Shown one piece after another: positions 19,789 through 29,395 of a stretch of 64,000 bases of DNA. The DNA is from Candidatus Omnitrophota bacterium. GTDB taxonomy: Bacteria > Omnitrophota > Gorgyraeia > Duberdicusellales > 4484-171. Under the pieces are notes generated by a model, which saw only the letters and a list, made by a program, of their open reading frames with translations, did no database searches and was not told the origin of the DNA. Every line of letters begins with the position of its first letter. Within the stretch, counting starts at the first letter, position 1. The position numbers and the translations under genes were made by a program. The stretch covers positions 15,091 through 79,090 of the forward strand of contig JAHKAJ010000015.1 of NCBI GenBank assembly GCA_018826075.1, given 5' to 3'.

Positions 19789-20928
19789 CTATTTTATAAT
19801 ATAATCAAACGTCTTATTTATAAAATCCTCATCTATATCATCATATACCTGACAACTTCCAATTTCTTTCGGCAAAACAAACCTTAACTTATTATCTTTC
19901 TTTTTTTTATCTTTATTTATATTCAGCACACAATCTTTAATCAAATCATCACGGTTAAATGAGATCTTTTCGGTTTCAACCCTTATCGGAAGCCCGTATT
20001 GTCTAAGGATTTCCTCATGGGCCGCCAAAACAGTTTCATCAGATCCAAGGTATTGCTTTGCTAAATGGGCTGCAGCAACCATACCTAAAGACACACCTTC
20101 TCCATGTCTATATACCTCCTGAAGAGTATCGGTAGAAATCTCTATCGCATGGCCGAGGGTATGACCATAGTTCAACTTAAGCCTTTTAGCTTGTTCTTTT
20201 ACATCGCCGGCCACATGTTCAAGCTTTATCTCTATAGTTCTACACATAATATAAAACAAAACTTCCTCTTGGCGTTTAAGTATTTGTGCGCTATTAGCTT
20301 TAAGGTAACTAAAAAAATCCTTATCGCAGATAAAAGAACATTTTATAATCTCGGCTAACCCAGCCTTAAAGTCACGTTGAGATAATGATTCTATAAAGTC
20401 AAGATCTACGATATTTACTATCGGATGATAATAATTTCCTATAGCATTAATAGTCTTTCGGAAATTAATCGCTACTTTACCTCCAATACTACTATCGATC
20501 ATGGCAGTAAGGGTCGTTGGTATATGCGCAAGATTTATGCCTCTATGGTAAGTACTTGCCACAAAACCGGCTAAATCTCCGATGACTCCTCCCCCTAAAG
20601 CTATAATTGTTGAATCTCGCGAAAATCCGCTAATTTCAAGCAATTCGTAGATTTTGATTGCCTCACTTATAGTTTTATTGTGCTTGCCGGATTCCATAGC
20701 ATAAAAGTAAACATCGTAACCCTCCTTTGATAGAGAAGCTGCTAAGTTTTTGCTAACTTTATCTTTAAAAAAGGAATCAAAAACTAAAAGGATTTTTCTA
20801 TTTTTAGTTTTTTCCGACAATATCTCAACGAGATTACTCGTGAGCAAATCTTTTCCAATAAGAATATCATATTTGCTGCTATCAAAATTTACTCGATATT
20901 TCTTACTAGATAATGTTTTTTGACTCAT
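19789..20928 (-). CDS. aroB: 3-dehydroquinate synthase family sugar-phosphate cyclase (divergent AroB homologue)
   Basis: GGGVIGDLAGF, PTTL..MIDSSIGGK, GLAEIIK, LNYGHTLGHAIE, HGEGV, DKK. Confidence 0.8.
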   Translation of the reverse strand: MSQKTLSSKKYRVNFDSSKYDILIGKDLLTSNLVEILSEKTKNRKILLVFDSFFKDKVSKNLAASLSKEGYDVYFYAMESGKHNKTISEAIKIYELLEISGFSRDSTIIALGGGVIGDLAGFVASTYHRGINLAHIPTTLTAMIDSSIGGKVAINFRKTINAIGNYYHPIVNIVDLDFIESLSQRDFKAGLAEIIKCSFICDKDFFSYLKANSAQILKRQEEVLFYIMCRTIEIKLEHVAGDVKEQAKRLKLNYGHTLGHAIEISTDTLQEVYRHGEGVSLGMVAAAHLAKQYLGSDETVLAAHEEILRQYGLPIRVETEKISFNRDDLIKDCVLNINKDKKKKDNKLRFVLPKEIGSCQVYDDIDEDFINKTFDYIIK

Positions 20929-20937
20929 AATAACATC

Positions 20938-21600
20938 CTAAATTACAAAAAGGCCTGTGTTGACAATTAACTCTGCAACCTTAAAGTCTTCGGGTGTGTC
21001 AATGTCATGACCTTCAAAATGATCAATAAACTTTATATAAGAATTTTGAGAAATTCTCTGACCGGTTTTTTCAAAAATTTCCCTTTTAAATACGTACAAA
21101 CTAGATTGTTCAACGATCACCGGATCTATATCCTGAGTACGGGGAGTTGAAACGCCAAGAGAATAATTCAAAGGCTTGCCACCAAACCAACAAAACTTTT
21201 TTACCTGGTAGGCAGTGAAAGCTGAATCATATTCTCCACTGTTGACCTTATCTATACATTCAGCTATAGTCTGTGGCTTCAAGAAAGGTGAGGTAATATG
21301 TAAAAGCACAATCGTATCAGCCTTATCTTTCTTTAAAAACTCAGCTATAATATCTTGTATTTTTGCCTCTTGGCTATCCAGACTCTTGGGCCGCTCTAGA
21401 AACTTATATTTCAAACCATGCTCAATATGCTTGCAAATAGAATCCTCTGAGGCAAATATTACGACTTCATCGATCGAAGGAACTTTATTCATCGCCTTAA
21501 CTGTGTAATTTATTAAAGGAATACCCCCTAATTTTTTTATGTTTTTAAACGGGACTCTTTCGCTATTAAGCCTTGACGGTATGAATCCTACTGTCCTCAT
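20938..21600 (-). CDS. Acylneuraminate cytidylyltransferase family (CMP-ulosonate synthetase)
   Basis: IPSRLNSERVPFKN, TSPF, PRTQD, DIDTPEDF. Confidence 0.85.
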   Translation of the reverse strand: MRTVGFIPSRLNSERVPFKNIKKLGGIPLINYTVKAMNKVPSIDEVVIFASEDSICKHIEHGLKYKFLERPKSLDSQEAKIQDIIAEFLKKDKADTIVLLHITSPFLKPQTIAECIDKVNSGEYDSAFTAYQVKKFCWFGGKPLNYSLGVSTPRTQDIDPVIVEQSSLYVFKREIFEKTGQRISQNSYIKFIDHFEGHDIDTPEDFKVAELIVNTGLFVI

Positions 21601-21610
21601 AATCCTTCCC

Positions 21611-22681
21611 CTATTTTTTTCTGCCGCCTAAATATTCTTCTTCATATTCGGCAGAGATTCTATCCAACACCTGCATTGCCTCTTTAGATGCTTTATTTTC
21701 AGCAAACTGTCTACGTAATTGGAGTTCATAATTTTCATCTGCTGACACCGGCGGCTCCCAACCGCAGCGTTTATATATTTTCAATCCTACACCTTCAGCA
21801 TACATCTTACGTGGAACATTTTGCTTTCGCATCATCCTACGGGTAACTGACGAAATTTTGGTCTCCAGTGAATCTACTATTTTCTCCATATAAGATTCAG
21901 GATCGATAACAAAACATTCAAAAGGTACGGTTATAAGCTTCGCTGCCGTTTGCCTTTCTTTAAGTTTAGCCTTAAAAGCTTTTGTTCTTTTAGTCATACT
22001 TTCTATTAAATAAATTGCCTTTTCAACGAGATTGGATTTTAAATATAGATCTTCCCAGCCGCGCACGAAATAAGGAAATGCCTTATTTTTATAAGTAAAA
22101 TAAACTTCAAAATGCCTTGGGTCTGACAAGAACAAACTCTCCATATTAAGCACTTCCTGCTTTAGCATATACAATGGGTGCCTAACCACTTCTATAAATA
22201 CAAGTTTTTTTCCAAGTGCCGAAAAAACAGAGCCTGCCCGGCCTAAAAGATCATGAGTAGTCAGATGTAATATCGGTTTATCCCTCTTAATACGTTCAGT
22301 TATTGCTTCATCGCCGGCCTGAAAGAGTCTTTTTAAATACCTGAAAGGTTTTGCATCACGAAATACACTTGAGGAATCAGTCAGCCTGAAATTTGTTTCA
22401 CGTGACATCATTAAGTTATAGATTCGAAGATCAGTAAATAACTTAATCAATGTCTGCGCTGTATCTTGATCTATTTTTTGCAAAAACTGTAAAGCACAAA
22501 CCATCTCAACCTCATAGGCAAAGGTAAGAAGCTCTACGCGCTCAAGAGCGGCAACAATCGGAGAAAGCATCGTCTTACCGCAACCCGGCTGGCCATCAAC
22601 AATAACAATTTTATTGCCAAACTCAACATCACGAACTATGGCAGTATCTTTTAAGTTAAGCTTTTGCAATACATCTTCCAT
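21611..22681 (-). CDS. P-loop sulfotransferase-like protein
   Basis: IVDGQPGCGKTML (5'-PSB-like), FIEVVRHP (3'-PB-like), VPFECFVIDP. Confidence 0.5.
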   Translation of the reverse strand: MEDVLQKLNLKDTAIVRDVEFGNKIVIVDGQPGCGKTMLSPIVAALERVELLTFAYEVEMVCALQFLQKIDQDTAQTLIKLFTDLRIYNLMMSRETNFRLTDSSSVFRDAKPFRYLKRLFQAGDEAITERIKRDKPILHLTTHDLLGRAGSVFSALGKKLVFIEVVRHPLYMLKQEVLNMESLFLSDPRHFEVYFTYKNKAFPYFVRGWEDLYLKSNLVEKAIYLIESMTKRTKAFKAKLKERQTAAKLITVPFECFVIDPESYMEKIVDSLETKISSVTRRMMRKQNVPRKMYAEGVGLKIYKRCGWEPPVSADENYELQLRRQFAENKASKEAMQVLDRISAEYEEEYLGGRKK

Positions 22682-22692
22682 TTTTTACTACT

Positions 22693-23880
22693 TCATCCTC
22701 TACTGCCGGCTATACAACAACCAATAATCTCAATCACCTTATCTTGTTGCTTTGGAGTAAGCCCCACCGAACAAGGTAGACTTAAACCGCTTTTATGTAC
22801 ATCATCGACAACTTCCATTCTATGAGCATAGCAATCTTTAAACGGTGGCAAAGAATACAAAGGATGCCAAAAAAGCCGAGTTTCAATATTGGCGGCCTTC
22901 AATTTTTCCAACAGTTGCTTATTGCTCAAACCATAACTATTCTTATCTATTAAAATTGTATAAAGCCAGAAGATAGACCTGATACCTTGAGCTTCCTGAG
23001 GTAAGGTAATTCCTTTTACTCCGGTTAAGGCTTCATTGTATTTTTTTGCGATTTGCCTCTTCTTGACTATAAATTCGTCAAGCTGTTCCATCTGAGCCAC
23101 TCCTATGGCTGCTTGAATATTAGTCAAGCGATAATTATAGCCGATTTCGTTATGGATATGTTCCAAGGCATCATCTCTGGCTTGGGTAATAAAATAGCGT
23201 GCTCTCTGAGCTAACTTTTGATTATCGGTTAAAATCATTCCGCCGCCGCCGGTTGTAATAATCTTGTTACCATTAAAACTCAAGCAAGCAAGCTCTCCCA
23301 GACTTCCCACTTTCCTTTCTTTGTATAGGCCCCCCAGACTTTGAGCTGCATCTTCAATCACTTTTAACCCAAAACGCTCAGCTATTTTCAAAATCGGATC
23401 CATATCTACAGAATGCCCTAAAAGATGCACCGGCAATATCGCCTTTACAGCTCTTTTGGTTTTAAGATTGATAAACTTTCCCTTTGAATACTTACACTCT
23501 CTAGTCAGAAAATCGTTAACCTTATCTGGATCGATTTGCAGGAAATTCGATTCAACATCAATAAATACAGGGTAAGCACCAATATATTTAACCGCATTGG
23601 CTGAAGCAACGAAAGTTAAGCCCGGCAATAGCACTTCCTCGTCCGGCCTAATACCCGCTACCATTAAAGCAATGTGTAAAGCTGATGTTCCATTAATGCA
23701 GGCAACCGCAAATTTTCTTCCTATATAATTGGCTACCACGCCTTCAAACTTATTTACATATTCACCGGACGATGAAACCCAATTAGTATCCAGACATTCC
23801 TTCACATATTTCCACTCATTACCTTGAATTTGAGGAACGCTTAGACAAATTGCTTTTTTATTATTTTCCTTTTCAACCAT
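22693..23880 (-). CDS. legC: LegC-type DegT/DnrJ PLP aminotransferase
   Basis: ECLDTNWVSS, NGTSALH, EDAAQSLG, SFNGNKIITTGGGG, GYNYRL. Confidence 0.85.
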   Translation of the reverse strand: MVEKENNKKAICLSVPQIQGNEWKYVKECLDTNWVSSSGEYVNKFEGVVANYIGRKFAVACINGTSALHIALMVAGIRPDEEVLLPGLTFVASANAVKYIGAYPVFIDVESNFLQIDPDKVNDFLTRECKYSKGKFINLKTKRAVKAILPVHLLGHSVDMDPILKIAERFGLKVIEDAAQSLGGLYKERKVGSLGELACLSFNGNKIITTGGGGMILTDNQKLAQRARYFITQARDDALEHIHNEIGYNYRLTNIQAAIGVAQMEQLDEFIVKKRQIAKKYNEALTGVKGITLPQEAQGIRSIFWLYTILIDKNSYGLSNKQLLEKLKAANIETRLFWHPLYSLPPFKDCYAHRMEVVDDVHKSGLSLPCSVGLTPKQQDKVIEIIGCCIAGSRG

Positions 23881-23882
23881 AA

Positions 23883-24884
23883 TTAAATTACATACCTGTC
23901 TTTCTGGTAAAATTCTAAGTTTTTCTCATCCTTAAACCAGGCTATTGTTTTCTCAAGGCCTTGCTCTAAAGAAACTCGCGGCTGCCATTTTAATATTTTT
24001 CTTGCCTTAGTAATATCAGCCTGGAGCAGCATCACTTCGCTATTCTTAGGACGGATTCTCTCTTTTTTGCTTATAATCGAAGGTGTGTTGCCAATTAACT
24101 TAAAAATCATCGTTGATAACTCTTTAATAGATAAGGCCTCTCCAAAACCAATATTAAATACTTGGCCCAAGGCCGACTCTTGCGCCATAGCAGCACAAAT
24201 AAAACCAGAAACAGTATCTTCAACAAAAGTCAAATCACGCTTGGGGGTAAGTAAACCTATATGCACTACTTTTTTGGTTAGAGCCTGTATGACAATCGTA
24301 GGTATAATTGCTCGTGCTGACTGCCGAGGACCATAAGTATTGAAGGGGCGAACCATAACAACCGGCAGCCCAAAGGAACGATAAAAACTTTCAGCGATCT
24401 TATCAGCGCCTATTTTCGTCGCAGAATAAGGAGATTGTCCTTGCAAGGGATGCTTCTCATCTATCGGCGTATATTGTGCTGTTCCATAAGTCTCACTGGT
24501 TGAAGTATGTATGAAACGTTTCACTTTCATGTCTTTTGCCGCCTGCAAAAGATTTAAAGTACCTGTAATATTAGTCTGCACATATGAAGCTGGTGCATGA
24601 TACGAATAAGGAATACCAATTAAGGCTGCTAAGTGAAAAATATACTCCCTGCCTTTCATCGCCTTGTACACATTATCTCTATCGGTTATATCGCCAAGTA
24701 TAATGTCCATTTCATTGGACTTACAAGAGTTATCAAGCCAACCCCAGCGCCCTAAAGAATTGTAATGAACAAAAGCTCTTACCTCAGCGCCTAACTCAAG
24801 GAGACGTTCGCATAAATGACTTCCGATGAATCCTCCGGCTCCGGTAACAAAAACTTTTTTATTTTTCCAGCTGAAGCGCGCCAT
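23883..24884 (-). CDS. legB: LegB-type NDP-GlcNAc 4,6-dehydratase
   Basis: VTGAGGFIGSHL, HLAALIGIPYSY, TSTSETYG, QSPYSATK, RPFNTYGPRQSARA. Confidence 0.85.
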   Translation of the reverse strand: MARFSWKNKKVFVTGAGGFIGSHLCERLLELGAEVRAFVHYNSLGRWGWLDNSCKSNEMDIILGDITDRDNVYKAMKGREYIFHLAALIGIPYSYHAPASYVQTNITGTLNLLQAAKDMKVKRFIHTSTSETYGTAQYTPIDEKHPLQGQSPYSATKIGADKIAESFYRSFGLPVVMVRPFNTYGPRQSARAIIPTIVIQALTKKVVHIGLLTPKRDLTFVEDTVSGFICAAMAQESALGQVFNIGFGEALSIKELSTMIFKLIGNTPSIISKKERIRPKNSEVMLLQADITKARKILKWQPRVSLEQGLEKTIAWFKDEKNLEFYQKDRYVI

Positions 24885-25938
24885 TCTTAATGTCCTCCTT
24901 TGCTTGTTCGTAATTTTCAGGATGTCCTATATCAAGCCAATACTCCTGTATAGGAAAACAAACTACTCTATGATTAGCTTTTAGTAACTCATTAACTAAA
25001 TCGGTCATATCAAAATTGACATTTTTAGGAATATAGTTGTAAGCTATAGGTTCTAACAAATAAATTCCGGCATTAACAATAAAATTCTTTACTGGTTTTT
25101 CGATAAGCCTTTTTACAACCACATCATCAATATCAATAACTCCATAAGGTATCTCTATCTCGCACTTGCGCACCCCTACAGTCATTATTGCATCATGATG
25201 ACGATGAAAATCCAGCAACCTACGAAAATCTAATTGAGTCAACACGTCTCCGTTAATAACCAAAGTCGGCTCATCCATTGGTTTCATTAATCCCAAAGCT
25301 CCGGCAGTCCCCAAAGGCTGGTCCTCGTTGACATAATCAATATCTACCCCAAAAGCATCTCCTTTGCCAAAATGTTTTATAATCACATCAGATTTATAAT
25401 GAGTAGAAATATTTACTTTTGTGATTCCTGATTTACGCAGCTGCTTTATCGTACGCTCCATCAAGGGGCGATCCTCTAAAAGAAGCATCGGTTTTGGTGT
25501 ATCTTTAGTAAGCGGATGCAAGCGCTGCCCCTTTCCGCCGGCCATGACCACTGCTCTAACCGGCATATTAAGCTCTTCTTCAACCAGCTCTGAAAGCAAA
25601 GCCAGTTCTACGATGTGGGAGTCACTGTCGAGAAGCGGTATTTGTTTTAGCTTTTTCTCACTCATGATTTCAATGAGCTTTTCATGAAGCGTATTGTAAG
25701 GCATTGAAACCGGAACTGGATAGTCTTCAGGACGACAATCAAGCAAGACAGTAATCTTTTTACTTAAAGGGATTTTATTCAAAATGGCTCTGCGGATATC
25801 TCCATCGGTTATTGTTCCAACAAGACGCTGTTGATCATCTACAACAAGAGATATGCCGACACCTCCACGCTGTATAACAGTTAAAGTTTCCTCGATTGTA
25901 TTATCGCAACTTACAAATACTTTTTTTACGTCTTTCAT
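24859..25938 (-). CDS. CBS-domain nucleotidyltransferase (PtmE-like)
   Basis: GTITDGDIRR (CBS), MAGGKGQRL.PLT...PKPM, PLGTAG, NGD, WLDIG. Confidence 0.85.
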   Translation of the reverse strand: MKDVKKVFVSCDNTIEETLTVIQRGGVGISLVVDDQQRLVGTITDGDIRRAILNKIPLSKKITVLLDCRPEDYPVPVSMPYNTLHEKLIEIMSEKKLKQIPLLDSDSHIVELALLSELVEEELNMPVRAVVMAGGKGQRLHPLTKDTPKPMLLLEDRPLMERTIKQLRKSGITKVNISTHYKSDVIIKHFGKGDAFGVDIDYVNEDQPLGTAGALGLMKPMDEPTLVINGDVLTQLDFRRLLDFHRHHDAIMTVGVRKCEIEIPYGVIDIDDVVVKRLIEKPVKNFIVNAGIYLLEPIAYNYIPKNVNFDMTDLVNELLKANHRVVCFPIQEYWLDIGHPENYEQAKEDIKNGALQLEK

Positions 25939-25966
25939 TTTAAATCATTTTTACCATCTTCAACCC

Positions 25967-27166
25967 TCAAGATACTTTATGCTTAAGTTTCCATTCACCA
26001 TTTATTTTTTCCCAAAGATGAGGTGAAAGAGAGCGATAGAAATCGATAACTTCCCAAAATTGCTCTTCTTTAATATCTAAGTATTCAAGAAATTCCTTAA
26101 AGTATTTTTTAGGAAATTCGCCATCGTAACGATGGACTAAGGCTACACCCTCTTCTCTGGTTAAATGCCCGTCTCTGATTTCATGTGCAGCATCTGATGT
26201 AGCACGGGCAATGCCAAACTTGATATATGCCAGATAAAAATGGAATCCGTCGGTCTTGTCATCCAAACTGGCATATTTAGAATATGTGCCCTCTGAACGC
26301 CCGTCAAAGTTTGCCTGAAAACCAGTATGATCAACAGAATAATAGTAATTCTCCTGCGGCACCCACTTTTTATAAAAAGAAAACCAGTGCATCTGCGGTT
26401 TAAGTTTCTCTATATCCTCAAACGGAGGCATTCGATAAAACTGGAAAGGATCACTCTTTACTTCTTCTTCGCTAAACAACCCCGCCTTTTGGCCATGTTT
26501 TATAATTTCATCGACACCAGAACCCTTATAATAAACTTCTTTATAATTATCGGTTGGTTCCACCGGACTATCTACATAGGCAGTAGAACCTCCATATTCT
26601 ACTTCGCCACTTTCGCCATAGAAAATTAAAGGAATCTTAAACTTGGTAGCAATATGAAAAGCATATGCCTTTTGCCCATAAGCAAAAGGCTCCCAAGCAT
26701 CACCCAATAATTCAAAACTAAGACGAGCTAATTTACGATGGATTATTCCGTTAGGAAAACACAAAAGGTTATCAAACCCATGATCTTTAAAGGCGATATA
26801 ATTCTGCCAACCAACGTCTGTGTACATAAAAGGTGCCCAGGTTACAGTGAGCGGGTGCATCCGATATTTATATTTCAGTTGATGGGCAACATAACTACTA
26901 TCCTTTCCGCCGGAACCAGGAACAACGCAGTCATAACTTCCATCCCTGGACCTGTGCTTATCAAGCAACTCCAAAAGCATTTTTTCTCTTTTAACCCAAT
27001 CAATCTTATTATGCTTAAGATAAGCATAGTTACATGCGCTACAGACTCCCTTTTCATCAAAGGTAATTCTTGGCCTTTGGTTTGAAACCACACATTTTGT
27101 ACAATATCTAACCTTTTTGGGGCTTTTTGCTAATTGTCGATCTAAGGTTTTTCCTGAAAACAACAT
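25967..27166 (-). CDS. N-acetyl sugar amidotransferase (WbuX/PtmG/PseA family)
   Basis: YCTKC...RP...C..C, DCVVPGSGGKDS (PP-loop), YGE, SLDDK, KFGIARAT. Confidence 0.88.
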   Translation of the reverse strand: MLFSGKTLDRQLAKSPKKVRYCTKCVVSNQRPRITFDEKGVCSACNYAYLKHNKIDWVKREKMLLELLDKHRSRDGSYDCVVPGSGGKDSSYVAHQLKYKYRMHPLTVTWAPFMYTDVGWQNYIAFKDHGFDNLLCFPNGIIHRKLARLSFELLGDAWEPFAYGQKAYAFHIATKFKIPLIFYGESGEVEYGGSTAYVDSPVEPTDNYKEVYYKGSGVDEIIKHGQKAGLFSEEEVKSDPFQFYRMPPFEDIEKLKPQMHWFSFYKKWVPQENYYYSVDHTGFQANFDGRSEGTYSKYASLDDKTDGFHFYLAYIKFGIARATSDAAHEIRDGHLTREEGVALVHRYDGEFPKKYFKEFLEYLDIKEEQFWEVIDFYRSLSPHLWEKINGEWKLKHKVS

Positions 27167-27205
27167 TATTTCTCCTTTCTCTAGCCAAAAATCCTATTGG
27201 TAAAT

Positions 27206-27862
27206 TTAAACAGCATATAAAAACTCTTTTAAAATTCGCAAACCTACATTCGCACTTACCTCAGGATGAAACTGACATCCAAACACATTCTTAGAACGTA
27301 TTACCGAACAAAAACGACGCTGGCCATATTCAGTTTCAGCAAGAATATGTTCGGGTCTTTGAGAAACAACTGTGTACGAATGTACAAAATAGACAAATTC
27401 ACCCTCAACAGTAGTAGATAAAATGCTGCTCTGCCACTGGCTGGATTCAACTGGCCGAAGCAAGCGGTTCCACCCTACATGCGGTATTTTATAGTTAGAG
27501 CAGCCGTTTTCCGGCTCTAGAAAACGCCGCACCGACCCGGAAATAATATCCAAACCTCGATGCCGACCAAATTCTTCGCTCTCGGTCATAAGAAGCTGCA
27601 TGCCTAAACATATTCCTAAAAACGGCTTACCGGCATCAATGACTTTTAGTATCGGCGCAATTAGCCCCATCTTTCTTATCTTGTCCATGCCATCGCCAAA
27701 AGCACCTACCCCAGGTAAAATAACCCGCTCAGCAGAAGCTATAGCCTCCGAGTCAGAAGATACGACTGCAATCCCACCAAGATACCTTATCACTCTTTCT
27801 AGACTGAAAAGATTGCCCATTCCATAGTCGATTATCACAGTAACTGGCCTTGTGCCTTTCAT
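27206..27862 (-). CDS. hisH: HisH-like glutamine amidotransferase (WbuY-type, glycan-associated paralogue)
   Basis: DYGMGN, LPGVGAF, GICLGMQ, PHVGWN, YFVHSY, QFHPE. Confidence 0.85.
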   Translation of the reverse strand: MKGTRPVTVIIDYGMGNLFSLERVIRYLGGIAVVSSDSEAIASAERVILPGVGAFGDGMDKIRKMGLIAPILKVIDAGKPFLGICLGMQLLMTESEEFGRHRGLDIISGSVRRFLEPENGCSNYKIPHVGWNRLLRPVESSQWQSSILSTTVEGEFVYFVHSYTVVSQRPEHILAETEYGQRRFCSVIRSKNVFGCQFHPEVSANVGLRILKEFLYAV

Positions 27863-28755
27863 ATTTTCTCTGCTTTTATAACCTCTCTAAAGGCCTCTAC
27901 AGCTCTACAGTCAATACCGGAATCAGATAAATATTTTTTAGCAGTTAGTATGTCTACCGGCTCAAGCCTCTTTTTCATAAAATCTAATGACTCTCTATTT
28001 TGGCTAATAAATTCAACATTACCTTCTTCTGTGAACTTTTCAGCCGAACGCAGTCTCTCTAAACAATGGTAATGAAAAATAGAGGCAGCGCTTACAGCAT
28101 CGGCATGGCCGGTTTCGATAACTTCAAGAAAATGTTCAGTCTTTCCGGCACCGCCACAGGCGATAACCGGAACGGGCACTGATTCTGAAATCATTTTAAT
28201 CAACCCTAAATCATATCCCCTGCCAGTTCCTTCCTTATCGATACTGGTAATAAGCAGTTCTCCGGCGCCAAGGCTAACTGCCTGCTGTGCCCAATCAAAT
28301 ACATCTTTTTCGGTTTTTTCTCGACCATTATCAGTTAAAGCCTCGTATTTACCCTCGCTTCTAAATTTAGCCTCAATCGAAATAACAATACACTGTGAAC
28401 CAAAAACTTTTGCAGCCTCGCTGATAAAGATGGGATTTCTTATGGCGGCAGTATTTATCGCTACCTTATCTGCGCCGGCCCTTAATAACTCTCTTATATC
28501 CTCAATAGTTCTGATTCCACCGCCGGCGGTCAAAGGAATAAATATATTTTGAGCTGCTCTCCTCACAATCTCTAAAAGATTTTCTCTGCCGTAAAGACTG
28601 GCAACAACATCAATATAGATAAGTTCATCGGCCCCATCAGTATAATATTTTGAAGCAAAGTCCTCGGCTTTGCCTAAAACTCTAAGACCTTCAAGGTGAA
28701 CTCCTTTAACTAAATTAGGACCTTTAATATCAAGGCGCGGTATAATTCTTATCAT
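27859..28755 (-). CDS. hisF: HisF-like cyclase (WbuZ-type, glycan-associated paralogue; start refined to 28755)
   Basis: RIIPRLDIKG..LVKG, GGGIR, GADKVAINTAA, TSIDKEGT, IACGGAG. Confidence 0.85.
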   Translation of the reverse strand: MIRIIPRLDIKGPNLVKGVHLEGLRVLGKAEDFASKYYTDGADELIYIDVVASLYGRENLLEIVRRAAQNIFIPLTAGGGIRTIEDIRELLRAGADKVAINTAAIRNPIFISEAAKVFGSQCIVISIEAKFRSEGKYEALTDNGREKTEKDVFDWAQQAVSLGAGELLITSIDKEGTGRGYDLGLIKMISESVPVPVIACGGAGKTEHFLEVIETGHADAVSAASIFHYHCLERLRSAEKFTEEGNVEFISQNRESLDFMKKRLEPVDILTAKKYLSDSGIDCRAVEAFREVIKAEKI

Positions 28756-29393
28756 CTCTTCCCCATAACCTTGCAAGGATTTCCAAAGGCTTTTGAATTA
28801 TCCTCGATATCGCTGATTACCACACTGCCAGAACCAATTAAACAATTACAGCCTACATTAATTCCCTGATTAACTACTGTGCCAACTCCGATATGGCTAA
28901 ACTTACCAATAGTTACCCCTCCGCTTAAAGTAACTCCCGGAGCGATATGAACCAGCTCTGCAATTTGACAATCATGGTCAACAGAAGACAATGTGTTTAT
29001 TATCGCATTCTTTCCGACCCTTGTTCCTGGATTAACCACTGCGCCAGTCCCGATAAATACGCCTTCATCGAGGGAACATTCTTTTGCAATAACAGCTGCC
29101 GGATGAACAATCGTTGGTAAATTAAACCCTATCTCTTTAAGTTGCTTATAAATCTTCCCTCTTATTGAAAAATCACCTATTGAACCAACAGCAATAAAGG
29201 CATTTTTAATGCCCCGGTTGTAAATATCCAATAAATTATTATCGCTACCAATTACAGAAATATTCGAAACTTTTTTACCTATATCTATATTCGGGTCAAC
29301 AATACCTTCTATTTCAAACTGCTTCGCTTTCAAAACAGCATCAATGATAACTTTACAATGTCCGCCGCCGCCGATAAGTATAATCTTTTCCAT
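28752..29393 (-). CDS. NeuD/PglD/LegH-type sugar N-acetyltransferase
   Basis: IGGGGHCKV, VHPAA, INT.SSVDHDC, HIAPG, GNPC. Confidence 0.88.
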   Translation of the reverse strand: MEKIILIGGGGHCKVIIDAVLKAKQFEIEGIVDPNIDIGKKVSNISVIGSDNNLLDIYNRGIKNAFIAVGSIGDFSIRGKIYKQLKEIGFNLPTIVHPAAVIAKECSLDEGVFIGTGAVVNPGTRVGKNAIINTLSSVDHDCQIAELVHIAPGVTLSGGVTIGKFSHIGVGTVVNQGINVGCNCLIGSGSVVISDIEDNSKAFGNPCKVMGKR

Positions 29394-29395
29394 CG

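Noticed and set aside
27206-28755. hisH/hisF as histidine biosynthesis genes
   Set aside because: They are adjacent to a WbuX-type amidotransferase with no other his genes; this trio is a known ammonia-supply module in glycan loci
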